NCBI RefSeq assembly: GCF_964355755.1
Contig: NC_092673.1
Span: 27,773,648 to 27,837,647 of the forward strand
From: Antedon mediterranea
Taxonomy: Eukaryota > Animalia > Echinodermata
DNA length: 64,000 bases
Reading direction: 5' to 3'
The notes under the pieces were generated by a model. The model saw only the letters and a list, made by a program, of their open reading frames with translations, had not been told where the DNA came from and did not search any database. Positions 63,401-64,000 of this stretch are shown one piece after another. Position 1 is the first letter of the stretch; every line of letters begins with the position of its first letter. The translations under genes and the position numbers were made by a program.

Positions 63401-64000
63401 AGATGGACTTAGCGTTGATGGTTTCTACTTGGAAATTTCTTGTCAAAATTATCACAAAACACAAAGAATATATGCAACATAAACTAAATGTAAGTGTTCT
63501 ACAAAATCTAATCAAATTGTACCTTTTTCAATATTTTTTTTTCTTAAACTTTTTTTTCTAGTTTAAGATTTATCTTCAATATTTTATTATTCTCAATCTT
63601 TCCTTTAAAGGAAGGCTAGACATGGTATATACATTCACAATATCTGTATTAAACAAATAACAAGTTGTAAAATATTCTGATAGATAAGTGTGTGCTAACT
63701 AGCCATACTTTATCCTCTAGAATTGAGATGGCTTCCTCTAAGTTATTTTGTTCCAAGTTAAGCTTAGTCAGAGACCACCACAATAAAGTGTGATGTGCCC
63801 AAATATGGTAGTGATATGACATCATCATGTCTATATATGGATACATCTTTTTGTCACAAGTTTGATAGTGTAGATAGAGCTTAAGAGTAATAATTCATTT
63901 TATTTCCATCAGGTTTCAGAGTTTGTAAGCTCTCTTTGCAAACACATACAAGAAAGCTTTGATACTTGTTTAGAGCAAGCTCCAAAGCTGCAACAGTCTG
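60418..64000 (+). CDS. FIRRM: FIGNL1-interacting regulator of recombination and mitosis (C1orf112/FLIP) homolog, 5' part; runs off the window
   Basis: Exons 60418-60507, 60893-61021, 61266-61364, 62334-62471, 62820-62982, 63362-63489, 63913->64000: MSQ..EQIEILRTL..FSQVLPTVTQMFD..SLPPSAVHIIKQSFEHCK..LYG..LMALFKKAHQLQKSL..IISKMDLALMVSTWKFLVK..SLCKHIQESFDTCL. This matches the human C1orf112 N-terminus as I recall it (FSQVLP, SLPSSVLHIIKSTFVHCK, TWKFIIK). Confidence 0.88.
60508..60892 (+). other. U12-type (minor spliceosome) AT-AC intron
   Basis: 5' site ATATCCTTT (60508-60516), branch-like TTTCTTAAC (60872-60880), terminal AC (60891-60892). Removal joins ..NALQNLI|IHFTDSQNVEEQ in frame. Confidence 0.85.
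61904..62034. mobile_element. MITE family A
   Basis: TIRs with TAA/TAA. Confidence 0.85.
62128..62290. mobile_element. MITE family A
   Basis: agctctgtttacactataaaac ... gatagtgttgaca. Confidence 0.8.
63761..63881. mobile_element. MITE family A (left end diverged)
   Basis: Internal motifs plus right TIR tttgatagtgtagatagagct. Confidence 0.8.

Overview
AT-rich, intron-containing animal genomic DNA. It is probably a marine deuterostome invertebrate such as an echinoderm, inferred from Deu/Nin-domain SINEs, TAGGCCTA-rich first introns and a secreted multi-SOUL gene. I spliced the genes by hand using splice signals and reading-frame continuity. Gene order: two tandem ERI1-family DEDDh exonuclease copies (+, both frameshifted as assembled); UCHL5 (+, 11 exons); a secreted protein with three SOUL domains (+, 14 coding exons, about 768 aa); Crumbs (+, 20 exons, about 2455 aa, ending ERLI); a RING-less B-box/coiled-coil/filamin/NHL TRIM gene (-); and the 5' part of FIRRM/C1orf112 (+), head-to-head with the TRIM gene. 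Introns hold many non-autonomous elements: about 19 copies of one Harbinger-type MITE, plus piggyBac, Kolobok, Tc1/mariner, foldback, Helentron-type, LINE and SINE remnants and minisatellites. The most interesting signals are in splicing and RNA structure: a candidate 14-nt poison microexon in UCHL5 with a complementary arm 590 nt upstream, a 27-nt in-frame microexon inside a Crumbs EGF repeat, an AT-AC (U12) intron in FIRRM, a structured intronic RNA candidate, and the same split ATG|ATT-TAA uORF in two genes. All calls come from reading the sequence; no database search or folding program was run.
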